Source of the DNA: an uncultured archaeon
Lineage (GTDB): Archaea > Asgardarchaeota > Lokiarchaeia > Sigyniarchaeales > SOKP01
Assembly (NCBI GenBank): GCA_964493715.1
Contig: CAZBPC010000028.1
Coordinates: 3,726 to 34,689, forward strand
Direction: 5' to 3'
DNA length: 30,964 nt
Positions 9,702 through 18,327 of this stretch are shown here, one piece after another. A program made the translations under genes and the position numbers. The notes beneath the pieces were generated by a model. That model did not search any database. It was not told the origin of the DNA and saw nothing but the letters and a program-made list of their open reading frames with translations. Position 1 is the first letter of the stretch; each line of letters starts with the position of its first letter.

Positions 9702-12700
9702 TCAATCACTTAAATTTAACAGGTTTCTTAATTTATTATCATCTAAATCTGAAATCCAGGATTCTCCTGTAGATGCAACTATCTTTTCAGCTAACTCACG
9801 TTTTTCCTCCAAAAGATCGTTAATCTTTTCTTCGATTGTTCCCTTTGTGATAAATTTATAGACATTTACAACTGATGTTTGACCAATTCGATAAGCTCTG
9901 TCTGTTGCTTGGTCTTCTACAGCTGGATTCCACCACCTGTCTACATGTATAACAGTTGTTCCTTGAGTGAGGTTGAGACCTGTTCCTCCGGCTTTTAGTG
10001 ATAATATTAAAATCGGAGGGCTTTCTAATTCGACTGATTGGAATTGATCAACAATTTCCCTTCTCTTGCTTTCTCGTACTCCTCCGTGAAAATAAAGTAT
10101 TTCAAATTTGTAATATTTTTCAAACACTTTTTGTAAAATGTCTCCCATTTGGGTGAATTGAGTAAAAACCAAGATCTTTTCTCCATTTGAAAGGACCTCA
10201 TCAGTCATTTCGATCAATCTTTCTAACTTTTGTGATTGAGATATGAATTCTTGTAAATTTTTGTCTAATTCTAATGATCCGATATTTTCTTTAAGATATT
10301 GAGAAGGATGATTACAAATTTGCTTTAGTTTTACTAATAAACTTAAAATTAATCCCCTTTTCTTCCTTTTATCTGAAGATATATCATCAATTTCCTTCAA
10401 TGTATTTTCTACAAGTTCTTTATACAATTTAACTTGGGTTTCGGTTAAATCGATGATAACTTTCATTTCATTTTTATCCGGCAAATCTTTGATAACGTTT
10501 TTATCAGATTTTACCCGACGTAAGATGAAAGGAGCAATGATTGATTTCAATTTCTCAATATTATCTTGATTTTGAAATCGTTCAATTGGGATGACGTAAT
10601 TATTTTGAAATTCTCTTCTCTTACCTAAAAGACCAGGATTTAAAAAATTAAAAAGAGACCATAATTCTAGCAATCGATTCTCAATTGGAGTACCACTCAG
10701 GCAAATTCTAAATTGTCCTTTGAGTTTATTTATGGCTTTTGTTTGTTGTGAAGTATAATTTTTTATATTTTGACTTTCATCAACGATGATCCCACTAAAA
10801 TCAATAGATTCCAATAAATTAATATCGTTTCTCAGCGTTCCATAGGAAGTAAGGATTAATTTGTGTGGTTTAAGAAACTCATGAATTCTACTTGCATCAT
10901 TAATCCGAGATGGTCCATAATGGAGCATTATTTTCAAGTTGGGAGCAAATTTCCGTAATTCACGATGCCAATTGAATAAAATTGAGGTAGGACAAATAAT
11001 AATTACATTTCCTGGCTTATTTGGATAATTTTTTTCTAGATAACATAGAAATGCAATCACTTGAATTGTTTTTCCAAGACCCATATCATCGGCGAGACAT
11101 AATCCAAAATTAAATTTTGTCATGTTGCCCATCCAATTTAGACCTTCTTGTTGATAATTTCTTAAATTGCCATTGAATGATGAGGGACACGGAATGTCTT
11201 CAAAAGAATCGACTGAACGCAATTTATTAATAATCTCGTTGAAATCACCTTCAATTATTACATCGTATTCAGTACCATTTTCTTGTAATTGAACCTTCCC
11301 AAGTAAACCTACTTTAAGAACGTCCATATAATTTTCGAGATTAAAGTTATTAACCTGCTTAAAATCATCTATAGACTCTTGATCTACTAAAATCCATTTA
11401 CCTTTCAAATTTATTAAAGATTCTTCTGAATTAATTAAGTTAATGAATTCTTCCTCAGAAATTTGTTTTCCTTCGATGCTCGCTTCCCATTTGAAATCAA
11501 GCATTGAATGAACATCGAAAATTGAAGGCAAATTTTGAAAATTTCCTTCTTTTGTCTTTAAATCGCTCTTTGAACGAATGATTAGTTTAGCAGATAACCT
11601 TTGTTTTCCATCTCTTCTGAAAACCTCTGGGAGAATGACGTTAAATCCACTTTGAATTAATAAATCTTTTGGGTATTTTAGAAAATCAATTACTTCAGAT
11701 GAACTTAGCAAAACTTCGTCTTGAATGTTTTCTAGTAAAGCCCTCTTTATAGGGGGAAATATCTTTGAAGCTGCACCTAATGCCCTTAAAATTATCTCTA
11801 AAAATTCTCCTTTATTATCAATGATTTTTAGATATTCAAGTTTCTTTTGATCAATTTTTTCCCATAGAAATTTTAAGGGAACATTTTGTGTTCCATCTTG
11901 AAAAGACAGATAAAATGATAACGACCAATCATTTTTTGGAGTTTTTGGATATTTTAATTCTAAATTGAATATATAACCATGTTTTAATGTAAATCCTCTA
12001 GCAGAATGAGTCCAATTTTTAATTAAAATGGGTAGAACAGTTTCATGAAAGGATTGTATTTTAAAATTCGAATCTTTCATGATAAGAGATTTAAGAAATT
12101 TATAATCCCAAGATGCTCTATAACCGGGACTTTTTTCTTTTTTAAGTTCCTTACTGTAAAATTCGATAAAAGTAGGGAATTTTATATTATTTAAGGTTGA
12201 TCTTATCAGATAGTCCCCAATTATATTTATAAAGAATGAAAATAGATAAGATGGATGCCATAAACCACTAGTTTTATAATATCCATCTTTTTGAATGAAA
12301 TCGATAGGAAGGCAGAAAGCAGACCAAGAAGCTCTCCTTAATATTGTTTGAAATCGATCTCTATCATTTTGAGACTTTAATATTAGATTCCACTTCCCGC
12401 AATACCCTTTATTTTCGCAAGTTTCTAAAATGGGTATAAATTGTCCTTTATTTAACAATTCAAATATTAATTTTGATAAAAAAGACCAAGTCTTAATTGA
12501 ATTGCTATAATGCCTTATACCTCGATTTAAATCATCTATAAATTCCATTTGAAAAAGTAACTTTACAGCAGGTCCTATGGGCATGACTTTTCCAATGCAA
12601 GATGATATTTCAAGATATTCTGGTGATTTTTTTTGGCTAAACTCATATTCATTTATTAAGGAAGGAATTGCTAAGTTTATATTACAACTAAGAAGTTTTT

Positions 12701-12899
12701 CAACAGGTATGCTTGGAAAGATTTTTAATATTTGCTCTGAAAGAATCTCCTCTGAAAGATTTGAAGGAATCCATAAAATAAAGAAGTTAGAATCTATAGG
12801 TAAATCTGGTCCTTTAGAAATCAATTGAAATCCACTTAGAGGCTCATTCCAATAAGATGAGGGAATAAATATTAATTCTAGATTATTAGAAAATTTCAC
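9702..12899 (-). CDS. SNF2-family helicase/ATPase with DUF3670-like region
   Basis: LRNYQQEG, LADDMGLGKT, DESQNIKN, LSGTPIENRL, LRRVK, LKQICNHP, SLKAGGTGLNL, WWNPAVEDQATDRAYRIGQ. Confidence 0.96.
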   Translation of the reverse strand: MKFSNNLELIFIPSSYWNEPLSGFQLISKGPDLPIDSNFFILWIPSNLSEEILSEQILKIFPSIPVEKLLSCNINLAIPSLINEYEFSQKKSPEYLEISSCIGKVMPIGPAVKLLFQMEFIDDLNRGIRHYSNSIKTWSFLSKLIFELLNKGQFIPILETCENKGYCGKWNLILKSQNDRDRFQTILRRASWSAFCLPIDFIQKDGYYKTSGLWHPSYLFSFFINIIGDYLIRSTLNNIKFPTFIEFYSKELKKEKSPGYRASWDYKFLKSLIMKDSNFKIQSFHETVLPILIKNWTHSARGFTLKHGYIFNLELKYPKTPKNDWSLSFYLSFQDGTQNVPLKFLWEKIDQKKLEYLKIIDNKGEFLEIILRALGAASKIFPPIKRALLENIQDEVLLSSSEVIDFLKYPKDLLIQSGFNVILPEVFRRDGKQRLSAKLIIRSKSDLKTKEGNFQNLPSIFDVHSMLDFKWEASIEGKQISEEEFINLINSEESLINLKGKWILVDQESIDDFKQVNNFNLENYMDVLKVGLLGKVQLQENGTEYDVIIEGDFNEIINKLRSVDSFEDIPCPSSFNGNLRNYQQEGLNWMGNMTKFNFGLCLADDMGLGKTIQVIAFLCYLEKNYPNKPGNVIIICPTSILFNWHRELRKFAPNLKIMLHYGPSRINDASRIHEFLKPHKLILTSYGTLRNDINLLESIDFSGIIVDESQNIKNYTSQQTKAINKLKGQFRICLSGTPIENRLLELWSLFNFLNPGLLGKRREFQNNYVIPIERFQNQDNIEKLKSIIAPFILRRVKSDKNVIKDLPDKNEMKVIIDLTETQVKLYKELVENTLKEIDDISSDKRKKRGLILSLLVKLKQICNHPSQYLKENIGSLELDKNLQEFISQSQKLERLIEMTDEVLSNGEKILVFTQFTQMGDILQKVFEKYYKFEILYFHGGVRESKRREIVDQFQSVELESPPILILSLKAGGTGLNLTQGTTVIHVDRWWNPAVEDQATDRAYRIGQTSVVNVYKFITKGTIEEKINDLLEEKRELAEKIVASTGESWISDLDDNKLRNLLNLSD

Positions 12900-13071
12900 G
12901 GTTTAGTAGGGCTCCATATCTTAATAATTACCTTTTTTTAAATACTCTATAATAGTAAAGAATAGAATTAATCATTAATTTAAAATCAAATTAAAACACT
13001 TGATTTTGAGTTTAATAAGTAAGAGAATAGTATTATAGATAAATACGACCTAATTAAAAAAACCTTTAAAG

Positions 13072-13295
13072 CGGAACTTACATTCATATGCCTTTAGTAC
13101 ACAAAATGCATCTGTAATAGAAAATCCGAGCGTATTGAGAATTCCCGTGATGATCGTGTTTTGATAAGGAATTCTTTTTAATTTTATAGGATTTGTTCAA
13201 TAAAATTGGATTATCCAAGAGAATTTCATTTCTTTAGCATATTTAAAACCCCTTATAAGTGTATAACCATAACCCTTATTTTCTCTAAAATTAGC
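13072..13295 (-). pseudogene. Glycosyltransferase family 2 (DPM-synthase-like) remnant
   Basis: Minus-strand fragments translate to RENKGYGYTLIRGFKYAKEMKFSWIIQFY* and ITGILNTLGFSITDAFCVLKAY, matching GT2 motifs NxGYG...GF.YA and TD..CGFKAY. The DxD region is missing and a stop intervenes. Bounds are approximate. Confidence 0.65.
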
Positions 13296-13359
13296 TTGGT
13301 TCTATCAAGAAAAAAAAACTAATAAAGAGAGATGAAAATTTCCTTTCTTAATTGGATCT

Positions 13360-14448
13360 TTAGTATATAACATTTTCTTCAAACATTTTTCTATTGATTT
13401 CAACCCCTAATCCTGGATTATCTAAGGTTTTTAAGAACCCTTTTTCACATTTAATTGGCTCTTCAAGGAGTTGATACTCATCTGGAATGAAAGGGAATTC
13501 ACACCATTCACAGCGAGACGACATTATGAAATGTAGATTAGCTGCTAGGATATGTCCAAATCCAAAAATGTGTGGGATGCAGCGAACTCCTTTCACTTCT
13601 GCCATTGCATCAATTTTTTTTAATTGTTGAAAACCCCCGCTACGAGTTACATCGGGTTGAATGATATCAAAGCAATCTTTCGAAAGAATGTCCTCAAAAC
13701 GAAAAATACCCATGTCATTTTCTCCACCTGCTATCTGTGTAGGTGAATTTTCTCGTATTTTAGCTAATCCTACGAGATTATCCGTAGGAATAGGTTCTTC
13801 TAACCATTCGATATCATATTTGTCACAAATTTTTGCAATTTTTAAAGCATCATTGATGGATTGGTAAGCAGAATTTGCATCAACCATAATATTTATATCA
13901 GAATATGCATTTCGAACTTCTTTGATGAGTTGTTCATCTTCTTTAATCCCATTACCAATTCGGAGTTTAACAGCCGAAAATCCACCAAGTTCAGGTTTTA
14001 AAGCCGATTCAACTGCTCCCACTGCTGCTTTTGCTTTGTAACCTCGAGGCATGGACGCGTAACATTTCACCTTTTTCTTTCGACCTCCAAGTAATTTATA
14101 TATCGGTTGTTTGGTCGCTTTTCCTATTATATCCCAGCATGCTACTTGGATTGCAGAAGTAGCTTGTGGAATTCCAAACATAATTCGATTACTATTTTGG
14201 TAAACTTCATGATAAATTTCTTCGACCATAAAAGGATCTTTCCCTTTAACCAACTTTTTTAGAGCTTCTTCAATAAATTGTTGTTGAGCTCGGTTGGATA
14301 GATTCCAATGCGACAAGGCCCAACCATCAATACCTTCGTCAGTTATTAGATTTGTATAGAGTCCACTTGCTTGAAACCTTGGCATGCTTCCAATCTTAAT
14401 TTTAAAATCAAGTTGGAGTAAATAAGTTTTTACATCAGTAATAATCAT
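13360..14448 (-). CDS. Mandelate racemase/muconate lactonizing enzyme (enolase superfamily)
   Basis: WDIIGKA..QPIYKLLGG, KLRIG, MVDAN, WLEEP, GGEN, QPDVTRSGG, PH, PGLGVE. Confidence 0.94.
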   Translation of the reverse strand: MIITDVKTYLLQLDFKIKIGSMPRFQASGLYTNLITDEGIDGWALSHWNLSNRAQQQFIEEALKKLVKGKDPFMVEEIYHEVYQNSNRIMFGIPQATSAIQVACWDIIGKATKQPIYKLLGGRKKKVKCYASMPRGYKAKAAVGAVESALKPELGGFSAVKLRIGNGIKEDEQLIKEVRNAYSDINIMVDANSAYQSINDALKIAKICDKYDIEWLEEPIPTDNLVGLAKIRENSPTQIAGGENDMGIFRFEDILSKDCFDIIQPDVTRSGGFQQLKKIDAMAEVKGVRCIPHIFGFGHILAANLHFIMSSRCEWCEFPFIPDEYQLLEEPIKCEKGFLKTLDNPGLGVEINRKMFEENVIY

Positions 14449-14564
14449 ATAATTTCATCATTTTCCTTAATTTACTAAATTAATTAGTATGATCAAACTT
14501 TTAGATTATTGAATATTTAATTCTTTAGATATATTAAATCATTTATAGAAACTAATATACCAGC

Positions 14565-15599
14565 ATGGGAGATCCAAAAAAAACACAGGAATATCCTTGT
14601 GAAGGACTTTCGGATATCTATATAATGTACTTTGATGAATCACGTGGTCATATTCCACTTTTCATTTATCCTGAAGAAAAATTCATTAAATTGCGGGACA
14701 ATAGAACTTTTATGCGTCCTATAAAATATCATCCAATCTGGTTCTTAACTGTTGACGAACAAGAAGCCTTGGATCATGTAGATTTAGAATTTAAGGGATA
14801 CATATTTTTTGGCAAGAAATTCTTTACTAAATCAAAGAGGATAAAAAGTAGGGCAGGAATGGAAGACGACACCCCTGAAACTATAATCATAATCGTTTCC
14901 TTACCTAATGATATTGAAATTTTTGGAGATGATTTTATTCGATTACTTGTTAAAAGAATAAAAGAACAATTCAGCGATAAATTATATGAATTGATAGAAT
15001 ATGAAATTTCTAAAAATGAGATTATTAAAACTCCAAAAATCAAACAGATAATAAAAGTAGGAGAAAAAATTAAGCAGGAACTAAATGATTTAATTATAAT
15101 AACATGTCGTGAGTATTTTAGCTCAGCAATACAACAAACGGACATATCTTCAATTAAACAACAAAAAGCTCTATCTTATTTAGCCTTAAAAGGAATTGAT
15201 GTATCCCACCTCAGATCTGAGGAAGGAAATAGTACATTTTCAAATGTACAACTATTTGATCCATCACAAAGTAGCAGTGAATCCTTTAAATTAAATCTTC
15301 CTTTTGCGATCTCTAATATTGAGATCACTCCAGACAGTCACGAATTAGAAATAATCGTGCTAAACAATACTGATGATGAGAAACAAGATCTTAAAGTAAA
15401 GATCACTCATGTAAAAGAATTTTTTGAAAAAGAAGTAATGAATCAACACGTTGATTCATGGTTTCCAAAAGAGGAATTGGTATTTATTTCTCCACTTACT
15501 CCTCAAGTTAATGAATATCTCTTCTTCATTATAGAACAAAAAACCAACAGAAGAGTATTATCCCAGAAAATAGATATATCAACTTTAGATAAAAAGTAA
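14565..15599 (+). CDS. Hypothetical protein, N-terminus possibly uDENN/longin-like, C-terminus beta-rich
   Basis: 344-aa ORF. IYIMYFDESRGHIPLFIYP resembles the FD...G......YP start of uDENN/longin domains. Fold call is tentative. Confidence 0.55.
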   Translation: MGDPKKTQEYPCEGLSDIYIMYFDESRGHIPLFIYPEEKFIKLRDNRTFMRPIKYHPIWFLTVDEQEALDHVDLEFKGYIFFGKKFFTKSKRIKSRAGMEDDTPETIIIIVSLPNDIEIFGDDFIRLLVKRIKEQFSDKLYELIEYEISKNEIIKTPKIKQIIKVGEKIKQELNDLIIITCREYFSSAIQQTDISSIKQQKALSYLALKGIDVSHLRSEEGNSTFSNVQLFDPSQSSSESFKLNLPFAISNIEITPDSHELEIIVLNNTDDEKQDLKVKITHVKEFFEKEVMNQHVDSWFPKEELVFISPLTPQVNEYLFFIIEQKTNRRVLSQKIDISTLDKK

Positions 15600-15623
15600 G
15601 ATTATATAGGAGGATAAAAAAAT

Positions 15624-16109
15624 TTGTCAGATAAGTATATGGATAAGAATGAAATTATTATCAGGAATTATCGAACTTCCGATTATGAAGCTACATTAGA
15701 TATTTTACGTGAACTAGATAAGAATTTTCATATTGGCTTAAAAGAAGATCAATGGAAACAATCTTCTGGTTTACGGCAATTTAAACCGAATTTAAAGCGC
15801 ATCACATTAATCGCTGAGCTAAAAGCAAAAGATGAAGTTGTGGGGATGGGCATGATTGAAGCCGTAAAAAACCCATTAGGACAATATATTGGATATCTTA
15901 ATAATTGGGCAACGAAACAAGAATATATAGGACTTCAGGTCGGAAAAATTCTCGCCAAGCGAGCAATAAAAATTTTAAGGTCTTGGGGTTGCGAAGCCGT
16001 TCGAATAATAGTCGCATGGGGGTTCCCAGAAAAAATTCTAAAAGTATTTGAGGAAACTGGATTTAAACCCATTCAAATCGTGCTTGAAAATAAGTTTGAA
16101 AGTGAATGA
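15624..16109 (+). CDS. GNAT-family N-acetyltransferase
   Basis: IIIRNY..SD, EYIGLQVGKIL (acetyl-CoA motif A variant) and FEETGFK; upstream GGAGG. Confidence 0.8.
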   Translation: MSDKYMDKNEIIIRNYRTSDYEATLDILRELDKNFHIGLKEDQWKQSSGLRQFKPNLKRITLIAELKAKDEVVGMGMIEAVKNPLGQYIGYLNNWATKQEYIGLQVGKILAKRAIKILRSWGCEAVRIIVAWGFPEKILKVFEETGFKPIQIVLENKFESE

Positions 16110-16170
16110 AATTTGGCTATATACCCCTTTTTTTAAATAAAATATCAAAAAAAGAAAAAAAAATTATAAA

Positions 16171-16560
16171 TTAATCAATACCTAACCTTTTTGTCAATTT
16201 TACTAAAAGAAAGATTACCAACGCTATTATTATAAAAGTAATTAAATCTCCAATAAAAGCACCAACTCTGAAAGGTCCTAAGGTAAATGCTTCCCATACA
16301 AAACCTGCTGGGGTAAACAACTCAACAATGGGCATGATCAAATTATCAACAAGAGATTTTACTAAAGCTCCTAGATATAATCCCATAATAAAAGCAACTG
16401 CTAATCCCATTACTTTGTATGTTTTTATAAATTCTTTAAATTCATCTAAAAAAGCGATCTTTTTTTTTCCTGGTTTTGTGGGTGGAGGAGTGGGAGGCGG
16501 AGGTACTAATGCTGCTCTAATTTGCCTTAATTCTGCTAACATTTCATCTTCTTTTGACAT
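16171..16560 (-). CDS. mscL: Large-conductance mechanosensitive channel
   Basis: FLDEFKEFI, VMGLAVAFIMG, LVKSLVDNLIMP, GAFIGDLITFIIIALVIFLLVK. Confidence 0.9.
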   Translation of the reverse strand: MSKEDEMLAELRQIRAALVPPPPTPPPTKPGKKKIAFLDEFKEFIKTYKVMGLAVAFIMGLYLGALVKSLVDNLIMPIVELFTPAGFVWEAFTLGPFRVGAFIGDLITFIIIALVIFLLVKLTKRLGID

Positions 16561-16867
16561 GTAAGTTCACAACTTAATCTTTTTATATATATTCAATTAA
16601 ATTTCAAAAGCAATTAATTGGCGCTTATATTTAAGGGTTATTTTAATGGATCATTTATAACAAAAAGAAAATTGTTAGCGATGAAAAGTTAAGGATTTTC
16701 ACTCACTTGCTTGTCAATCAAATATTTTAGCATCCAATTAGGCGTTATTTTTTAATATTAAATTTGATTTGGAAAATAAAGTATTTTTATGGTAAAAAAT
16801 TGAACAACATAATACATTTTTAATAAGAATAAATAATTAAAATAAAAATTAGAGGTAGAAATTATAA

Positions 16868-18313
16868 TTGCCAATTGGTATTAAAAGCTATGGTGCTTAT
16901 TTACCTAAATACATGCTACCCAGGGAACTCATAGCGAAAGCATGGGACTTTCCGATAGTTCCGGGGACTAAAGCAGTAGCTATGGAGGATGAGGACAGCT
17001 TGACAATGTCAGTAGAAGCAGGACTCGATTGCTTAGAGGGAATTGACCCAAAGACAGTTGATGGAATATTTTTTGCTTCAACAACTCAAGTCTATACTGA
17101 GAAAGATTCAGCCTCTTTAATCGCTACTATTCTCGATATGAGAGGAGATATCATTACCGCAGATTTTACGGACTCAACTAAAGCTGGAACAACAGCTTTA
17201 ACTAGAGCTGTAGATGCGATTAAAGCCAATAAGGATATCAAGAGTATTTTGGTAGTTGCAGCTGATACGAGAAAACCCGAACCCTCAACAATGTGGGAGT
17301 TTGGATTTGCAGATGGTGCTGCCGCTTTACTCATAGCGGATGAAGAAAATATCCCGATCTCGATCGATGATTACTATTCAGTTTCAGCGAACGTGACTGG
17401 ACCATGGAAAAGAGCAGACAAGGATGAGTTTATCAGAACTTTTGAAGTAAAGATGGATGCAAAATTTTACGTGGAAAGCATCACCAAAGTTATGTCTGAA
17501 GTCTTGAAACGTAATAATTTAAACCCTTCCACAGACATCCAAATTGCTGCATATTATTATAATAACCCCAGAATGCATAGCACGATATCCAAGATGATGA
17601 AATTTGGCCAAGGAGTAGCTCAGAACAGCTTGTTCTTTCAAGTAGGTGATATGGGAACGCCAATGCCTTTCATGCTTCTCATTGCTAGCTTGCGAAGACC
17701 TAAACAAGATGACAAGATCATAATGGCCGGTTTTGGAGATGGTGCTGATGCTATTCTCATGCAGGTTCGAGATAAAGATGGTGTCAGGGATATCGGTAAA
17801 GGAAGAATGGGTTTTGTCGGTCACCAAAAATCGATGACCCTTCTAAATAATTACAACAAGTTCATCGAGTTTAAGGAATTGCTTGAGAAGGACAGATATA
17901 CGCGAAAAAGTTCAGCTGTCATTATCTGGCGTGATACTCCTTCAGTTTACAAGTGGTATGGTGTAAAATGCAAAAGTTGTGGAACCGTGCAATATCCTAA
18001 CCTTTCACGAGCTTGTTCCGTATGTAGAGCTGATGATCAATTAGAACCCATTAAACTTGCAAAGAAAGGAGAACTCTTTACATTTACCCTTGATCACTTG
18101 GTTGGTGGAGCTTATCTTAATACGCCCGTCCCACGATGCGTTATAGACCTTGAAGGCGGTGGAAGAGTGTTAGTTAACATGACTGAAATCGAGAACCCTG
18201 AGGAAAATGTCAAGATTGGAATGAAACTCGAGATGACCTTCAGAAAGGAACACGAAGGTGCTGAATTTAAAAATTATTATTGGAAATGTCGACCCGTGAG
18301 GGGGAGACCTTAA
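16868..18313 (+). CDS. HMG-CoA synthase/KASIII-like protein fused to a DUF35 (Zn-ribbon + OB-fold) domain
   Basis: GIKSYGAYLP, DEDSLTM, DGAAALLI, VGDMG, GFGDGADA; C-terminal CKSCG..YP...CSVC and OB fold (FTFT, DLEGGGR, IGMKLEMTFR, YYWK). TTG start after GAGGT. Confidence 0.9.
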   Translation: MPIGIKSYGAYLPKYMLPRELIAKAWDFPIVPGTKAVAMEDEDSLTMSVEAGLDCLEGIDPKTVDGIFFASTTQVYTEKDSASLIATILDMRGDIITADFTDSTKAGTTALTRAVDAIKANKDIKSILVVAADTRKPEPSTMWEFGFADGAAALLIADEENIPISIDDYYSVSANVTGPWKRADKDEFIRTFEVKMDAKFYVESITKVMSEVLKRNNLNPSTDIQIAAYYYNNPRMHSTISKMMKFGQGVAQNSLFFQVGDMGTPMPFMLLIASLRRPKQDDKIIMAGFGDGADAILMQVRDKDGVRDIGKGRMGFVGHQKSMTLLNNYNKFIEFKELLEKDRYTRKSSAVIIWRDTPSVYKWYGVKCKSCGTVQYPNLSRACSVCRADDQLEPIKLAKKGELFTFTLDHLVGGAYLNTPVPRCVIDLEGGGRVLVNMTEIENPEENVKIGMKLEMTFRKEHEGAEFKNYYWKCRPVRGRP

Positions 18314-18314
18314 A

Positions 18315-18320
18315 GGAGGT
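18315..18320 (+). promoter_or_regulatory. Shine-Dalgarno GGAGGT of the thiolase gene
   Basis: GGAGGT 7 nt upstream of ATG 18328 and just after the upstream stop codon, consistent with an operon. Confidence 0.8.
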
Positions 18321-18327
18321 AAAAAAA

